A DNA stretch of 64,000 nucleotides, taken from assembly GCF_030684315.1 (NCBI RefSeq), contig NC_081387.1, forward strand, positions 5,684,497 to 5,748,496, in the 5' to 3' direction. The notes below the pieces were generated by a model. It had not been told where the DNA came from. It did not search any database and saw only the letters and a list, made by a program, of their open reading frames with translations. The position numbers and the translations under genes were made by a program. Below, one piece after another: positions 62,020 to 64,000 of the stretch. Each line of letters opens with the position of its first letter. Positions within the stretch are counted from its first letter, which is position 1. Source of the stretch: Stegostoma tigrinum (lineage: Eukaryota).

Positions 62020-64000
62020 CCACCGTATCCTTCCATATTACTTTTAGAAAAATAATTTTCCAATGCCCTCTTGAATACTTCAATTGAACCTGCCTACATC
62101 ACATTTTCAGGCAATAAATTCCAAATCCTAAATATTTGTGTGAAAAAGCTTTTTCTTTTGTTGCATTTGACCCTTATGCAAATCACTTTAACAGTTTAAA
62201 AAGCCTCTGTCAGATCTCCTCTTTGTCTTTTTATTTCCAGCAAGAAAAGTCACAACCTCTTCAATCCATCCTCATATCTGAAGTTCCTCATTCCAGGAAT
62301 CATTCTTGAAAACTGTTAATGCACCGTCTCCAATACATTCATATCCTTTCCATAATGTAGAACCCAGAACTGTACACAATACTCCATATGCAATCTTACA
62401 AGTGTCCTGTGCAAGTTCGAAATCACTTCCTTGCTCTTGTTCTGTGTGCCCTTATTAATCTAAGGATATTGTATGTTTTACTTGCTGCAATCTGCACCTG
62501 TCCTGCTACCAAAATGATCTGTGCACAGATACACCCAGGTCCCTCTGCTCCTGAACCCCTTTAGCATTGTATGCCATACTTTATATTGCTTTTCAATATT
62601 CCTCTTCCAACATGCATCACTTCTGTTCGCCGCACTGAACCTTATCTGCCACCCATCGGTCAACCACACGAATTTGTCTGTGTCTTTTGTATTTTCCAAC
62701 ATCCTCCTTAGGTTGCAGTTCTTCTAAGTTCTGTGTTGTCTACAAGCTTTTAAGTTGCCCTCTGCATGCCAAGATCTAAATAATTAATGTGTACACCAGG
62801 AAAAGCAAGTGTGCCACTTGGGAACTGCACCACAAACCTTTCTCCAGTCCAAACTGTCCATTCACCATTCGCCTCTGTTTCCAAATACTGGCCAATTTTG
62901 TACCTGCATTTCTACTGTCCCTTTTATGTCATGACCTACACCTTTCCTCACAAGTCTGTTGTGTGGCACTCTATCACACAACTTCTAGAAGTCCATATAA
63001 ATCACATCAAGCATTTCTGTTACATTCTCCAAAAACAATTTCCCCTTCAAAAATCCATGCATTTCCTAACCAACCACCATTTTCCAGCTGACTATTAATT
63101 CTATCCCACATAATTACTTTTAGAAACGTTCCCGCCACTGAAATTAAACTGACCAGTCTATAATTGCCGGACATTCCTTACAATTTTTTTGAAGAAAAAG
63201 ACCTTATATCTACAATTCTCTCATCTTTGGGCAACTCTGATATCTGTTAATAATCGTAAAAAAAAATCAAGAATGATTGGCTTGGATTTAAAGTGATTTG
63301 CAAAAGAAGCAAATGTGGTATGAGAAAAACAAAACTTTTTTTTAACTCTAGGGATTCAGGCCTGGAATATAATGTCAAAAAACATTTGGCAAAGGCAGAG
63401 ACAATTGAGGCACTTAAGAGGGCATTAGATGATTATTTAAATGGAAAAGATCTGGAAGGGGAAGGGGAAAAGACTGGAAAATGGAAGTAAGTCAAAATGT
63501 TCATTACAGAGCTGGTGCAGTCAAGATTAACCAAATGGCCCCCATTTGCCCCATAACATCTTGTTAAACAGTGACAGTATGGTGTCACATAAAAGTTTAC
63601 TAGACAAGATGAAATCATGTAATGTTGTAGATGATGCATTGGCATGGATATGGGACTCCCTCAATAATAGGTAACCGAGGGTCAGGAGAATTAATTTCAC
63701 TTTGACAAACTGTAACTAGTGGAGGGAGCAAGAAGCAGTGCTCTATGATTTACGATCTACATAATGGAAAAGTGTGAGGCAATGCACTTGGAGATGACTA
63801 ATAAGGTACAAGAAATACACTGTGAAGAGAAGGATTCTGGAAAGTGCCGAAGGTCAGAGGGGTCTTTTTGTACACATCGTTTATCCCTAAAGTAGCAGGG
63901 CAGGTAGAACAGGCAATGAAGAGAGCATATAGCATACTAGTGTATGAGTTGAAACATACAAGGGTAAGAAAGGTAGGTTGGAACTGCATGAAACACTGGT
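62020..64000. mobile_element. Cluster of old CR1 fragments (- about 62020-63240; + about 63270-63520; + about 63590-64000)
   Basis: Degenerate RT and 3' motifs (ENTKDTDKFVWLTDGWQIRF; GAAAAGTGTGAGGCAATGCACTT). Confidence 0.6.

Overview
Repeat-rich vertebrate genomic DNA, almost certainly from a cartilaginous fish (shark): it carries HE1-type V-SINEs, Deu-domain SINEs, many CR1/L2 LINEs, Penelope-like elements (PLEs) and Gypsy fragments. Gene content read from the sequence: (1) a head-to-head pair of C2H2 zinc-finger paralogues. ZNF-A (- strand) has an intact 343-aa ORF at 6356-7387 and a putative first exon near 18.45 kb. ZNF-B (+ strand) is a pseudogene at 26.4-27.8 kb with its first exon near 19.6 kb. 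Their first exons form an inverted repeat about 1 kb apart. (2) A multi-exon nonclassical MHC class I heavy-chain gene on the - strand (about 41.9-45.4 kb: leader, alpha1, alpha2, alpha3, TM, cytoplasmic exons). It lacks both alpha2 disulfide cysteines and most peptide-anchoring residues, and has three apparent lesions (TG acceptor, in-frame TGA, AT donor). (3) An orphan alpha1 exon of a related class I gene on the + strand at 53.6 kb. Most notable non-genic signals: about a dozen minimal hammerhead-ribozyme motifs in PLE termini and PLE-derived mini/foldback insertions (several with clean target-site duplications), a 3.1-kb inverted PLE with a 14-bp TSD nested in a Gmr1-type (integrase-before-RT) retrotransposon, and two short inverted duplications of nearby DNA (52 bp perfect; 76 bp with 3 mismatches). 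No prokaryotic features or CRISPR arrays were seen. Repeat boundaries are approximate because they were read by eye.
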